Assembly: GCA_047967505.1 (NCBI GenBank)
Contig: CM106538.1
Length of the DNA: 64,000 nucleotides
Source: Dipteris shenzhenensis
Taxonomy: Eukaryota
Strand: one strand, 5' to 3'
In this document: piece after piece, positions 23,612-34,320 of the stretch
Numbering within the stretch: the stretch's first letter is position 1
How the letters are laid out: each line of letters opens with the position of its first letter
Notes under the pieces: model-generated
The model's input: only the letters and a program-made list of their open reading frames with translations
Told to the model about the DNA's origin: nothing
The model's database searches: none
Made by a program: the position numbers and the translations under genes

Positions 23612-26244
23612 TGATGGGATATCTCAAGGTGTATGCCTCAGCACACCTTGGTTTCTATGTGTGAGTGCTAGAGGCACAGTTAGGTGCCCACAAGCACAAT
23701 TAGGTGGTGGAGAGCCACATAGGATGATTGAGAGAATCTAGGAGTAGATTGAGGAGATGATTGTAGAGCTCTGAAGTCATCAGTGATGTCAGTGAGCATG
23801 TATGAGGTGCCTACTTAAGGACCTCACTCTTCTTCATTCCATAATGCAAGTATTCTGAGTTTGTGTCCACTCTTTCCTTTCCTTTCAGTTTACCAACATG
23901 GTATCAGAGCCCTTTGATCCCCCTTGAGCCCATTTCTTCCACATCTTCTTCTTCTTCTTCATCTTCTTCTTTCCCATTTTCCTCCTTCTTCCCAAAATCT
24001 TTGAGAGCTTGGTTCTCTACCTACAAATGACCATTGCCCAAACCCTCTAAGCTGTAAACTTCTCTAGTATGGGCGAACTTCCACCTGCAAGCAATTGAAA
24101 AAAAAACGTCTCTGTTGGCTGCCATTCTCCAAACAGCGCATTTTCTCACCATTCTTCTATTGCTCAATACTCCTTGCCTGCTATGCCATTGCTTGAGCCC
24201 TCTTAGGAGTAGATGGGCGACCTCAAGACGAAGATTTTGAGTCATTTTCTAGCTCATTTGGTTCAGTAACGAAGGAGAAATTGTCAAAACTCAGGTTCAG
24301 CCTGCAGCAACTCCCTCGGGCAATAGCGCGCGCCATTTCGTCCAACCTCTGTGCTGGATCCTCTCTAGTATATGAGCTTTCTTTTGCTTCAGAAATCTTT
24401 CTTTTTCTTGCTTTGTAGAGTGAGCTACAAGCCCTCCTAGTTCAGCCTTTTGGTTTTGATAGTTTTGGACAAGTTTTTGAAGATGATGCTACATAAAATG
24501 CTACTCTAGCACTTCTGAGTTTTTGAAGTTTTCAATAGCATCAGTACAAGTGTGGCTTCAGTTTTTCTTTGAATTGCTAGACCTGGTTTTGATTGGAAAG
24601 TATTCATTTTAGCCACCTCTATGAAGCATGTAAGAAGAAGCATCATTGATTGAATATTGGTCACTAGCCTTTGCTACATCAAGTGCTTATATTTTGGAAG
24701 CCTTTCAGTTATTTTTTGCCTTGTAAGAGAGAAAGAAACTGCCCAATATCTAGGTTAGACCCTCTCATGGCTACCCTATTGAATCTAGAGAAGTTCAATG
24801 GAAAGGGCTTCCACACATGGCAGATGAAGGTGAAATTTGCATTGATGAGGGAGAATCTCTGGGGACTTGTCAAACCGACTCTAACCGCTTCTTCTACAGC
24901 CTCCAATGCTGGAGAATCCTCAACTCCGACACACCCGGTAAGAGATCCCGCTAGAGAGGAGAAAGCATATGGTATCATTGCTCTTGCTTTAGGAGATGAT
25001 TATATTCACCACATCTCTGACTTAGAGTCTCCTTCAGAAGCTTGACATGATTTTTGGTGCTAGCTCTCACATCTCTAAATTATCACTTAAAATCTCTTTC
25101 TTTGAATTGAAGATGGTTAGTGGCACTACTTTGGCAGCTCATGTCAACTAAATGCGGAGTCTTATGACTCAATTACCTTCTATCAACTCTCCTATTACTC
25201 CAGATGATGCTATGGTAGTGTTACTTAAGAGTATGCCTGAAGATTATGATCACATAGTTACCACTTTGAAAAATCTTCCTAATCCTAATCTTGAAGGTAT
25301 TATCTCTGCTCTCCAAGAAGAAGAAAGGCATATGGAGCTCAGGAAAGGCAATGACACTATTTATGCTGTAAAAGTCCATAAGGGCAAGAATACCCCTTGC
25401 AATCATTGTGGAAAGACAAATCACCTTTCAAAGAACTGCTTCAAAATTAACCCATGCAAACACTGTGGCAAGAACAACCATCATGAGAAGTTTTGCAGAG
25501 CCAAAGCAAAGATAGAAAATGCAAATCTACTTTCAGTTGATGAGCCTCCACAAGATGAGGCATCCTTTGAAGATTATGCATTTTAAATCATCTCTATGTA
25601 TGCTCCAGATCTCTCTATGTCAAGGTACTCAGCCTGGATAGTCCTCCAAAATGAATGAAATAAACTATTGTGTTTAGTGTGTTTTGTAAACACCTCTGGT
25701 CACCTTATGATGTAGGCCATGTGTATGTTTTGCTCCATGGTACCTCCTGCAGACATTGTGTGCATGTACATGCAGGGGAGATAACCATTGGAAGGTCTTT
25801 TTGTATCCCTTTTGTTTACCTTACACACAAGGGAACCCTTGCTAGCATGAGAACCTAGCCATAGATTTATCCTTGACCACCATGAGATGGCATGAGAAAC
25901 TATGAGACTAGATGTATCCTTGACATAGCCTGAGGCATTCCCTTGAGGGGGGGGTTTGATGGGATATCTCAAGGTGTATGCCTTAGGCACACCTTGGTTT
26001 CTATGTGAGAGTGCTAGAGGCATAGTTAGGTGCCCACAAGCACAGTTAGGTGGTGGAGAGCCACATAGGATGATTGAGAGAATCTAGGAGCAGATTGAGG
26101 AGATGATTGTGGAGCTCTGAAGTCATCAGTGATGTCAGTGAGCATGTATGAGGTGCCTACTTAAGGACCTCACTCTTCTTCATTCCATAATGCAAGTATT
26201 ATGAGTTTGTGTCCACTCTTTCCTTTCCTTTCAGTTTACCAACA
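23612..26244 (+). mobile_element. Non-autonomous gag-only LTR retroelement (TR-GAG type), copy 2
   Basis: LTRs 23612-23898 and 25957-26244, PBS 23899-23910, PPT, TSD CTAAA at 23607-23611 and 26245-26249. Confidence 0.95.
24767..25586 (+). pseudogene. gag: gag of copy 2, disrupted
   Basis: Homologous to 1701-2531; TGA at 25043-25045, a small deletion, and a further TAA near 25150. Confidence 0.9.
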
Positions 26245-26325
26245 CTAAAACCATAATCATAAACCCAAAACCCTAAACACTAAATCTTAAATCCTAAGCC
26301 CTAAATCCTTAACCCTAGATACTAA

Positions 26326-27318
26326 ACCCTAACCTTAAAATACAACCAAAATTTAATGATTTTTTTCAATTTATGCAATAGGTTTGATATATCCCCCAAC
26401 CTGTTGCAAGTGGAACACGTTAATGGTGCACACAACGTATTGCAAAAGTCAAGGAATTTTCTTGATTTGTGCAACAGTTTGGATATACCCCCCAACTTGT
26501 TGCTTGAGCAACAGGTTGGGGTGACCAGGTTGGATATACCCCCCAACCTGTTACTTGAGCAATAGGTTGGAGTCACCCCAACCGGTACATCCAACCTGTT
26601 GCACAAATCAAGAAAATTCTTAACTTGTGCAATAGGTTGGATATACCCCCCAACCTGTCGCTCAAGCAATAGGTTGGGGGTGCACGTGATCCCAACTTGT
26701 TGCTTGAGCAACAGGTTGGGGATAATATCCAACCTATTGCACAAATCAAGAAATTGCAGGTTGGGGGATATATCCAACCTATTGCACAAATCAAGAAATT
26801 TCTTGATTTGTGCAACAGGTTGGATATATCCCCCAACCTATTGCTCAAGCAATAGGTTGGGGGATATATCCAATGCACCCCCAACTATTGCTTGAGCAAC
26901 AGGTTGGTGGGTATATCCAACCTGTTGCACAAGTCAAGAATTTTCTTGATTTGTGCAACAGGTTGAATAGGTTGGATATACCCCCCAACCTGTTGCTCAA
27001 GCAATAGGTTGGGGGGTATATCCAACCTGTTGCACAAATCAAGAAAATTCCTTGATTTTTGCAATAGGTTGGGGATACACCCCCAACCTGTTTCTTGAGC
27101 AATAGGTTGGGGGATATATATTCCAACCTGTTCCACAAGTCAAGAAATTTCTTGTATATATCCAACTTGTTACACAAATCAAGAAATTTCTTGACTTGTG
27201 GAATAGGTTGGTGCACCCCCAACCTATTGCTTGAGTAACAGGTTGGGGGATATATCCAACCTGCTGCACAAATCAAAAAATTCATTAAATTTTGGTTGTA
27301 TTTTAGGGTTAGGGTTTA
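26326..27318. repeat. Fold-back array of nested palindromes
   Basis: Units CCAACCTGTTGCACAAATCAAGAAATTTCTTGATTTGTGCAACAGGTTGG and CCCCCAACCTATTGCTCAAGCAATAGGTTGGGGG; outer ends are inverted repeats of each other. Confidence 0.95.
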
Positions 27319-27520
27319 GGATTTTGGGCTTAGGGTTAAGGATTTAGGAATTAGGGTTTAGGATTTAGAGTTTATGGTTTAGGGTTTAGGGTTTAGGATT
27401 TTGTGTTTAGGAGTTTAGGATTTAGGGTTTAGGGATTAAATGTTTAAAGTTTAGGATTTACGATGGTTAAGATGTTTTGGTATTAATTGTTTAAAGTTTA
27501 GGATGTAGGGTTTAGGTTTA
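27300..27520 (+). repeat. Degenerate (TTTAGGG)n tract, inverted relative to 23330-26335
   Basis: Repeated TTTAGGG and TTTAGGA. Confidence 0.85.
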
Positions 27521-27614
27521 ATGCCTTCTTTGCTAGTTTTGATATAAAATTTATTAAGTAATAATAAGCTCAATGATTATTTATTGTGTCTTTTTTTGAG
27601 TTGCTAATCTATTT

Positions 27615-27860
27615 TTGTACATAAAACAAGTATGCACCCTAACAGAGGGTATGGATGTGGTGTTATACAAGAAGAATGAAGTGGTGGCTTTTAGACGAAT
27701 TCATAGTCTTGATCCTATGAATGTGTGTTATTTCCAACATTGTGGTGAGAGAAGATGTGTAGTGATAATCACCAACGTTGTAAATCCTGAAGTACATTTA
27801 AAATATCCACATGGAGACTTTGAAACATTGGGAGATATCTTACAATGTGACAATATTTGA
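27615..27860 (+). pseudogene. Fragment resembling a transposon-associated TNP1/DUF8039-like domain
   Basis: VVAFRRIHSLDP...VVIITNVVNPEVHLKYPHGDFETLGD pattern. Confidence 0.35.
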
Positions 27861-28285
27861 TATGCAAACTCATTTTGAGGGGGAAAAAGTAGAGATGTTA
27901 TCTTGCTCTGGAGAAGTTTAGAAATTGGCAACTTTATGGGCTATGCTCAGAGTTTTCTCTATATAGTAGAGATAATTAAGTTGGTTAGTGTAGTGTCATT
28001 CAAAATGCAATGGATAGTACTTCACATCTGGACGTCCATAATACTACGTCTCATCTACAAGTTCATAGTACTAAATGGGGGTTAGCTTTCTTGAAATCAA
28101 GTTTGCCCAAGACAATTTCCTTCAATGTCATGGAAGACACAACAAAATATTGTCAGAAGAAAAGGACTATAACACAAATGGGATCCAAATTTATAAGAAG
28201 CTATAGTAGTGATCAAGAGTATCATAGTGGCATGCTCACACGTATTGAGGACATTATAATGACAGATGTTGATGCAGAAAAGTTC

Positions 28286-28535
28286 TCTTGTGTTGCAAGT
28301 GACTCAAATATACTCACTAGTATAAAAGACTTGTCTTGTGTTGCAAGTGACTCGAACAGGCTCACTGGTATAGAAGACTTGTCCTATGTTGCAAGTGACT
28401 CGAACAGGCTCACTGGTATAGAAGACTTATCTTGTGTTGCAAGTGACTCGAACAAGCTCACTGGTATAGAAGACTTATCTTGTGTTGCAAGTGACTCAAA
28501 CATGCTTACTGATATAGAAGACTTGTCTTGTGTTG
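28286..28535 (+). repeat. 48-bp tandem repeat x5 (in frame SCVASDSNRLTGIEDL)
   Basis: Direct observation within ORF 28010-28654. Confidence 0.9.
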
Positions 28536-28860
28536 AGAATAATAAGATGGGACCACAAAGAAAAATACATGCAAAGATCGATGGGATAAGTGATGCAATA
28601 ATAGGAATTGATGATATTAGTGACAATGATCATGATATTACCACTCGAATGTAGGGCAAAGGGGGCAGAGAATCTGAGACTTGTCATGTTGTTCGTAATA
28701 TTGTTGCTAGCATGCCAGAGAATATAGATGGGAGAATCTTGAGTTACGAAGGAGAAAGAGTTCAACCACAAAATTCAAGAGGCATTGGCAACAAATTGAC
28801 ATCAATAAACATGTCTACCAGATTGCCATTTCCAAGATATTATAAGGCGCTTTATGCTCT

Positions 28861-30087
28861 ATGCTGGTTGGTTTGAAAATATTTGAAGAAGTGGAAGTTG
28901 GATTTCTTCTTTTTAGCCATACACATGAAGACATAGATCAAATCTTCAGTGTTATCTCTAGTGAGTTGAAGTCAATGGATGTTTTGACAATAGAGGATAT
29001 GCTATTTCAAATTCGGAAAAAATTTGATGGGTCTTGTAAGGAAGAATTAGAAGTGGATATCTTAGAGAGGATGGTAGATTGGAGAGCATTCATAGAGCCA
29101 CATTTACAAGTAGGAGATGATGCCCTAATAGGACACACAAATCCACACTACTTTTGGTTTCACATGCATAACAATATTCCGGTGATGCAATGGAAGCACT
29201 ACTCATCAGTAGATGGAGATCATTTATGGAGTGAGTCATCTGCTTTATTACAACAAATAATTCCATTGGAGGAAACTAGATTTGTTCTTGCAAAAAACAA
29301 ATCACTTGACATAGATGAAATGAAAGGCTTGAAAACCTTCATTAAACATCTTCAAAGTATGATGCAAAAATATCATGAGCAATCAACTAAGAATTTGGAG
29401 ACAATTAAGTCAACTAAAGCACTTATCCAATCTTTAGAAAGACAAGAAAACTTAATGAGCATTGAATATTGTGAATCCTTTTGGCCAGAACAAGCTAGAT
29501 CACTAAGTTTTCCTTTGGATATAAATATGTTAGTAGATATGGAGGAAGCAGAGGAATGCCTTATACCTCAAAAATATTGTGGCAAGAAGGGAGACAAACC
29601 CTTACCAGAGTTTATACCATCTAATGAGATTGAAGAGGGTCTATTTGTTACAATTTGGGCATCTGATCCAAGTTCAAAGTTGGATGACCAAGGTGGCCCA
29701 ATTTGGGTTGCAAAGGTTGCTAAGATAGAAAGGGATGATAAGGGAACTCCTATAACATTCACAGCTTTATGGTATGAACCAAAGCCATTGAAAAATCTCT
29801 CGAGAACATATACAATAAGACAACTCTATGAGGGATGCTTGCAAAAGAAACGTGAATGGGTTCCAAATAATGAGGGATTAACAGAGGTGGAAGTTAGTAG
29901 CATTATTCATTGTTGGAAATCGAGGACACGAAGTTTTAAAAAGAAGCATGGATACAATGTTGAAAAATGTATCACAATCCCTGATCCAAGTCATGTCCAT
30001 ATTAAACATCATTTGGCAAGACTTGACCCATCAAGCACAAATACATTACATGAATCTGATGACTCTGAACAAGATTCATATGCATAA
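28861..30087 (+). pseudogene. DUF7869/Sola1-like DDD transposase, C-terminal half
   Basis: IFEEVEVGFLLFSHTHEDIDQIFS matches the FLxVGHTHEDIDQxF motif; N-terminal catalytic part not found. Confidence 0.7.
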
Positions 30088-30559
30088 GATAATGTTTTGT
30101 ATGCTTTTTTCCATACAAATGATGTATCTATACAACACCAATAAGATAATGTATTGTATGCTTTGTTTTTCAAAAAAAGGTTGTATCTATACACCACTTA
30201 TATATTGAATTCAAAAAACTCTTTTTTTTCAAAAAAATGGTGTATCTATACACCACTTATATGTTGAATTCAACAAACTCTTTTCATATGATGTCATATT
30301 TTCACTTTATTAGCATAGTGTTAAAATTGAACTAGAGTTAGGAGACTAATATTATTATTATTATAGTTATTGGATGGGGGCACCATGCACAAGTTTGGGA
30401 ATTATAGCTTCATTGAGGCATATGTTTTTTTATTAGAGGTCACCACTTGACTTTTTAGCTTAATAAGGCCATATTTGTATATAAGTGACCCATTTAGTGC
30501 TCTAAAAAACCCAATTTTTGAGCTCACGAAGTGAAATTGAGTGGAGAGGATATGCTCCA

Positions 30560-30606
30560 AAAAAAAGTCCAAACCAGGAGAGAAAGTCCAAAATTTTTGA
30601 ATAGTG
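30560..30606 (-). repeat. Candidate right terminus (…AATAGTG) after the DUF7869 gene
   Basis: Reverse complement CACTATTCAAAAATTTTGGA is loosely similar to the 18959 and 6652 termini, with a doubled AAGTCCAAA motif; no TSD match. Confidence 0.3.
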
Positions 30607-30649
30607 TGTTATATGCTTGTTTTAGATTCAAGCAATTACTACACATAGG

Positions 30650-32220
30650 ATGAAGCAATCATCCTGGAATGATTCTAATGCAGAATTATCGAGTTGTGCC
30701 ATCGTGACTATTGACAAGACATCTATGAAGAGACTCTTTGATGAAGCAGATTATAGAGATCAGAAAAGAGTGAAGTTAGAATCCCCGCAAGAAGAGAGTC
30801 CAAGGTTACCACACCAAAGTGCTCAGATAGATTGAGTGTTGAGATCTAGTACCCACCTACTGAAAGATCTTTGCTCATTCACGAAGTGTACTTATCTATC
30901 GAGAATAGCATACTCGAAGGAAAAGTAATGGTTAGGTATCCAAGGACCTTGAAATTAGATTTAACCAATAGAGAGGGGGGCGGTTGTATTACTCTCGCAA
31001 TAGGTGAGTTGTACTATGCACACATCATTAAGACATTGAATATAGGAGACTACATCAAGGTTACAAATTTTCCATTCTATAGCAAAAACACCCAAAATGA
31101 TGAACATTCGATTATACTTTGGTTTTCAATCCTTCGACTAGGGTCAAAGGTTCTAAACCATTTATAGTCCACTCAATTTTGGTTCCGACAACTAGCATTT
31201 CCAAGTACAAAGAAGACTGTAAGGACCTAATGAATAAAGGATCAGCCAACTATTTGCCATTAGCTACGATCGCGGTGGTAGTAATTAAGCTTGGAAGCTC
31301 CATGCATCAAATGGATGACTTAATCATTGGCGATAGTAATTAAGCTTGGAAGCTTGGAAGCTCCATGCATCAAATGGATGACTTAATTGTCAGCGACGGT
31401 GAAAATGCGGATGACCTTATAATGGTAAAGTGTCGTTGCACAGTGTTAAATTGTGAATGTAATGTGCGACATCAATCATGACAAACCTTTTATTATTAAA
31501 GTAAGGAAATTTTTATCCCTTTGCCATTGTATTTGACTTTTTGGAGTTCAACTGGTGCTCAGACTATGTAAAGATCATGGATAGGTTCAAGGTGGGGCCA
31601 GGTTCTGCTTTTCATTCTAAGAAACATAGGAGCAAATAAGAACAGTCAGCCGATCACACTGAACATGCTAAACCTGACTATCTTGGCTCCTACTCGTGTT
31701 CCATTAATCTCGGTAAAGCTTGCGCAAGTCTTTCATGTACACATCCAACAAATTGGTTATGGAAATCAGGTAACATTCAGTGGCTATAGAAAGTATTGAT
31801 TGGATTTAAAACAAAGGATTTTATCAGTAGTTAACACTCATTGCATTGTGCTTGTAGATAAGCAGTGTTCTTGCTATCATGGGGCTGAACTCAACCTTGT
31901 ACAAGCCTATGTGTTCTTTATGCAAAGAGGGGGAGAATTCAAACGAAAACACTATAGCCCATTGTCTAACATGCGACCGAATCACCATTCTAGAGAAGAT
32001 TCCTAAATTCAAGGGAATTATCATAAGTTTAGATGGTGCAAATATAGAGGTTGTATTGAAGAATATATGGGTGGACACAAGGCCTTAGGTTTGCCTCGTC
32101 GTTATAATTGCTTGAAGACAACACAAAGTTCCTAAAGTCAAAAATGTTTGACCATAGAATCAGGAACGTTCCTAGTTAATATGCATTGTCTAGTTGCAGG
32201 CTTCATTCCTTTGAGGGGTA
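30650..32220 (+). pseudogene. Degenerate RPA70-like OB-fold gene (Helitron cargo)
   Basis: ITLAIGE...LNIGDYIKVTNF and zinc ribbon YKPMCSLC...HCLTCD; next to Helitron Rep. Confidence 0.45.
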
Positions 32221-32649
32221 ATGATGTAGTAAGCGGTGATCGAGTACTATGAAACCTACAATAGAGTCAGCAGTTGTTTATTGCTCTATCGTTCTTTTTC
32301 GAAGTCCACAGCCATCATATTTCTTAATGTCACTCCACTATACAGTGCGACACCGTCAACTCCATTTGCACCAGCAACCAGAGCAAAGTAGTAGCCTGAT
32401 GTTGCCCACTCTTTTGTTGTTTTTCAAAGTTCAAAGCCATAAGATTTCTTACTGTCCCCCCATTGTACAAGGAAAGATCATCAACTTTGTTTGTTTGCAA
32501 CATAGTAGTAGCTTGATGCTATTCAGTTGTAGTATGTTTTGTTCCATAGTTCAATTTTGGAGCTTCAAGACAAGAACATCGAGGAGTTGAATCTCCCTAC
32601 ACTTTTCTTTGGTGCAGATAGATATATTCAAAATCCCAGACTAACATGC

Positions 32650-33870
32650 CAAGACATTGCAAAGTGGGAATGAAGACATGCATGCCTCAAGTTCTCACAG
32701 AATATACCAAACCTTTTATTCAAATCAATTAAGGTCCTCATCAATCAAGTAATGCAATCCATTTGGGTGCAGTTATGCAAAGGTGCATTCCAAAACAGAA
32801 TAATATGCGCAAAAGATGTTACGAACAATACCAACATTGAATCCATTTTGAAGTCCAAATTTGGGTACAGGGACTTTGAAAAAAAGGTGCGTACTTCTCC
32901 AGACCACAAAGAGAAATTCAAGAAAGATGCATTCGTGATGATGAGACAGTTAGGACCTCCAACCCTATTCATGACATTATCGTGTATAGACAAACTATAG
33001 GAACCTTTGACAAAATATTTGCACAACATGTACTCAACCAACAACAAAGAACACATGGCACAAGAAATCATGAGGATTGAAATAAGGGAATTGATAAGAG
33101 ATACTCCTACAATTTGTGTGAGGTATTACACTCACAAACTCCAACGATTCCTCAATATGATAATGAAGGATGATTAATTACTTGGAAATGTACTCAATTA
33201 GTTCTTTGTCTCACAAACTTCCAAAGTAGAGGAAGCCAACTTGAACTTGGTAGCATGTGGATACAAGATACACTGACGTATGGTATTCATGACACTTATG
33301 ACATCACATCTTTCATTGACAAGTACATAAAGTTGACAAGAACCTTATAGCACCAAATATCAAGGACATTCAAACACATAGACATATATCTACATGTAGT
33401 AAAAAGAAAAGCAACGTCTACAGATTCCACTACCCTAAACCTCCACTACATGAAAACACGATTCTCACACCTCTACAAGACAATGATCTACATGTCTACA
33501 AATAAATATACATGATGGTGTTCCACATCTACATAGCATAGAACACAAAACAAATATGACTTTCTTCGAGTGGATCAACAATATTGGAGTAGACATATCA
33601 ACATACATACTAGCACTTTGATCACAAATAGGAAAACCAACTATATTCTTGAAAAGAATACTAAAGGCCATTTTCACGAATGCTTTTAATCCAAAAATTA
33701 CCTTCTTATAGCAATCAAAAATGGGCATACAATACATTAAATGGATCCATACTCAACCACAACATACTACATTGCATACATCACAAAAGTGGATGACACA
33801 ATATCAAGTAGTCTCCAACATACAATTAAAACTTGCATGCAAGATAACAATAGTACTACGATAGACTACA
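32650..33870 (+). mobile_element. Helitron Rep (HUH) domain remnant, Helitron2/Helentron-like
   Basis: VRTSPDH...MMRQLGPPTLFMTLS, FQSRGS...W, QTHRH..TC.KK...RFHYPKPP, DPY...YIAYITK; broken by stops. Confidence 0.85.
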
Positions 33871-34069
33871 AAGCATTAAGGGAGAAATGGGGTCTTAAAA
33901 ATGGCCTCATAAGGAATGGATTAGTCCTAATGAAAGGTCCATGGTAGGTCCCAAAAGTCTTAACCCCCCCTCACATAGGTGGGTTAAGCCAACAAGTGAC
34001 CCCACCTCTTACACAACTCTTAATCCTAGGTGGGAACCAGCAAATTCAAAATTCAAAAATGAAAATTTT

Positions 34070-34320
34070 GAATTCCCTCCCTCCTTATATCTTCTCCCTC
34101 CCTCCCCCTCCCCCCTCCCTCCCTCCCCCTCCCCCCTCCCTCCCTCCTCCCCCTCCCTCCCTCCTCCACAAGGTCCTGCCCCTCCTCCCCTCCCCACCCC
34201 TCCCTCCTCCACACATGCTACTCCTCTCCTCCCCCTCCCTCCTCCATGCCTGCTCTCCTCCCCCCTCTCTCTTGCTCCTCCCTCCTCCCTCCCTCCTCTT
34301 CCATGCCTACTCCTCCTCAC
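34070..34320. repeat. C/T-rich low-complexity tract
   Basis: CCCTC-type runs. Confidence 0.9.

Noticed and set aside
26326-27318. CRISPR array or protein-coding repeats (several overlapping ORFs)
   Set aside because: No unique spacers; ORFs on both strands arise from the palindromic repeat
23330-27520. Ancestral telomere-telomere fusion site or true telomere
   Set aside because: A fusion would read (TTTAGGG)n then (CCCTAAA)n; here the order is reversed and the repeats are degenerate
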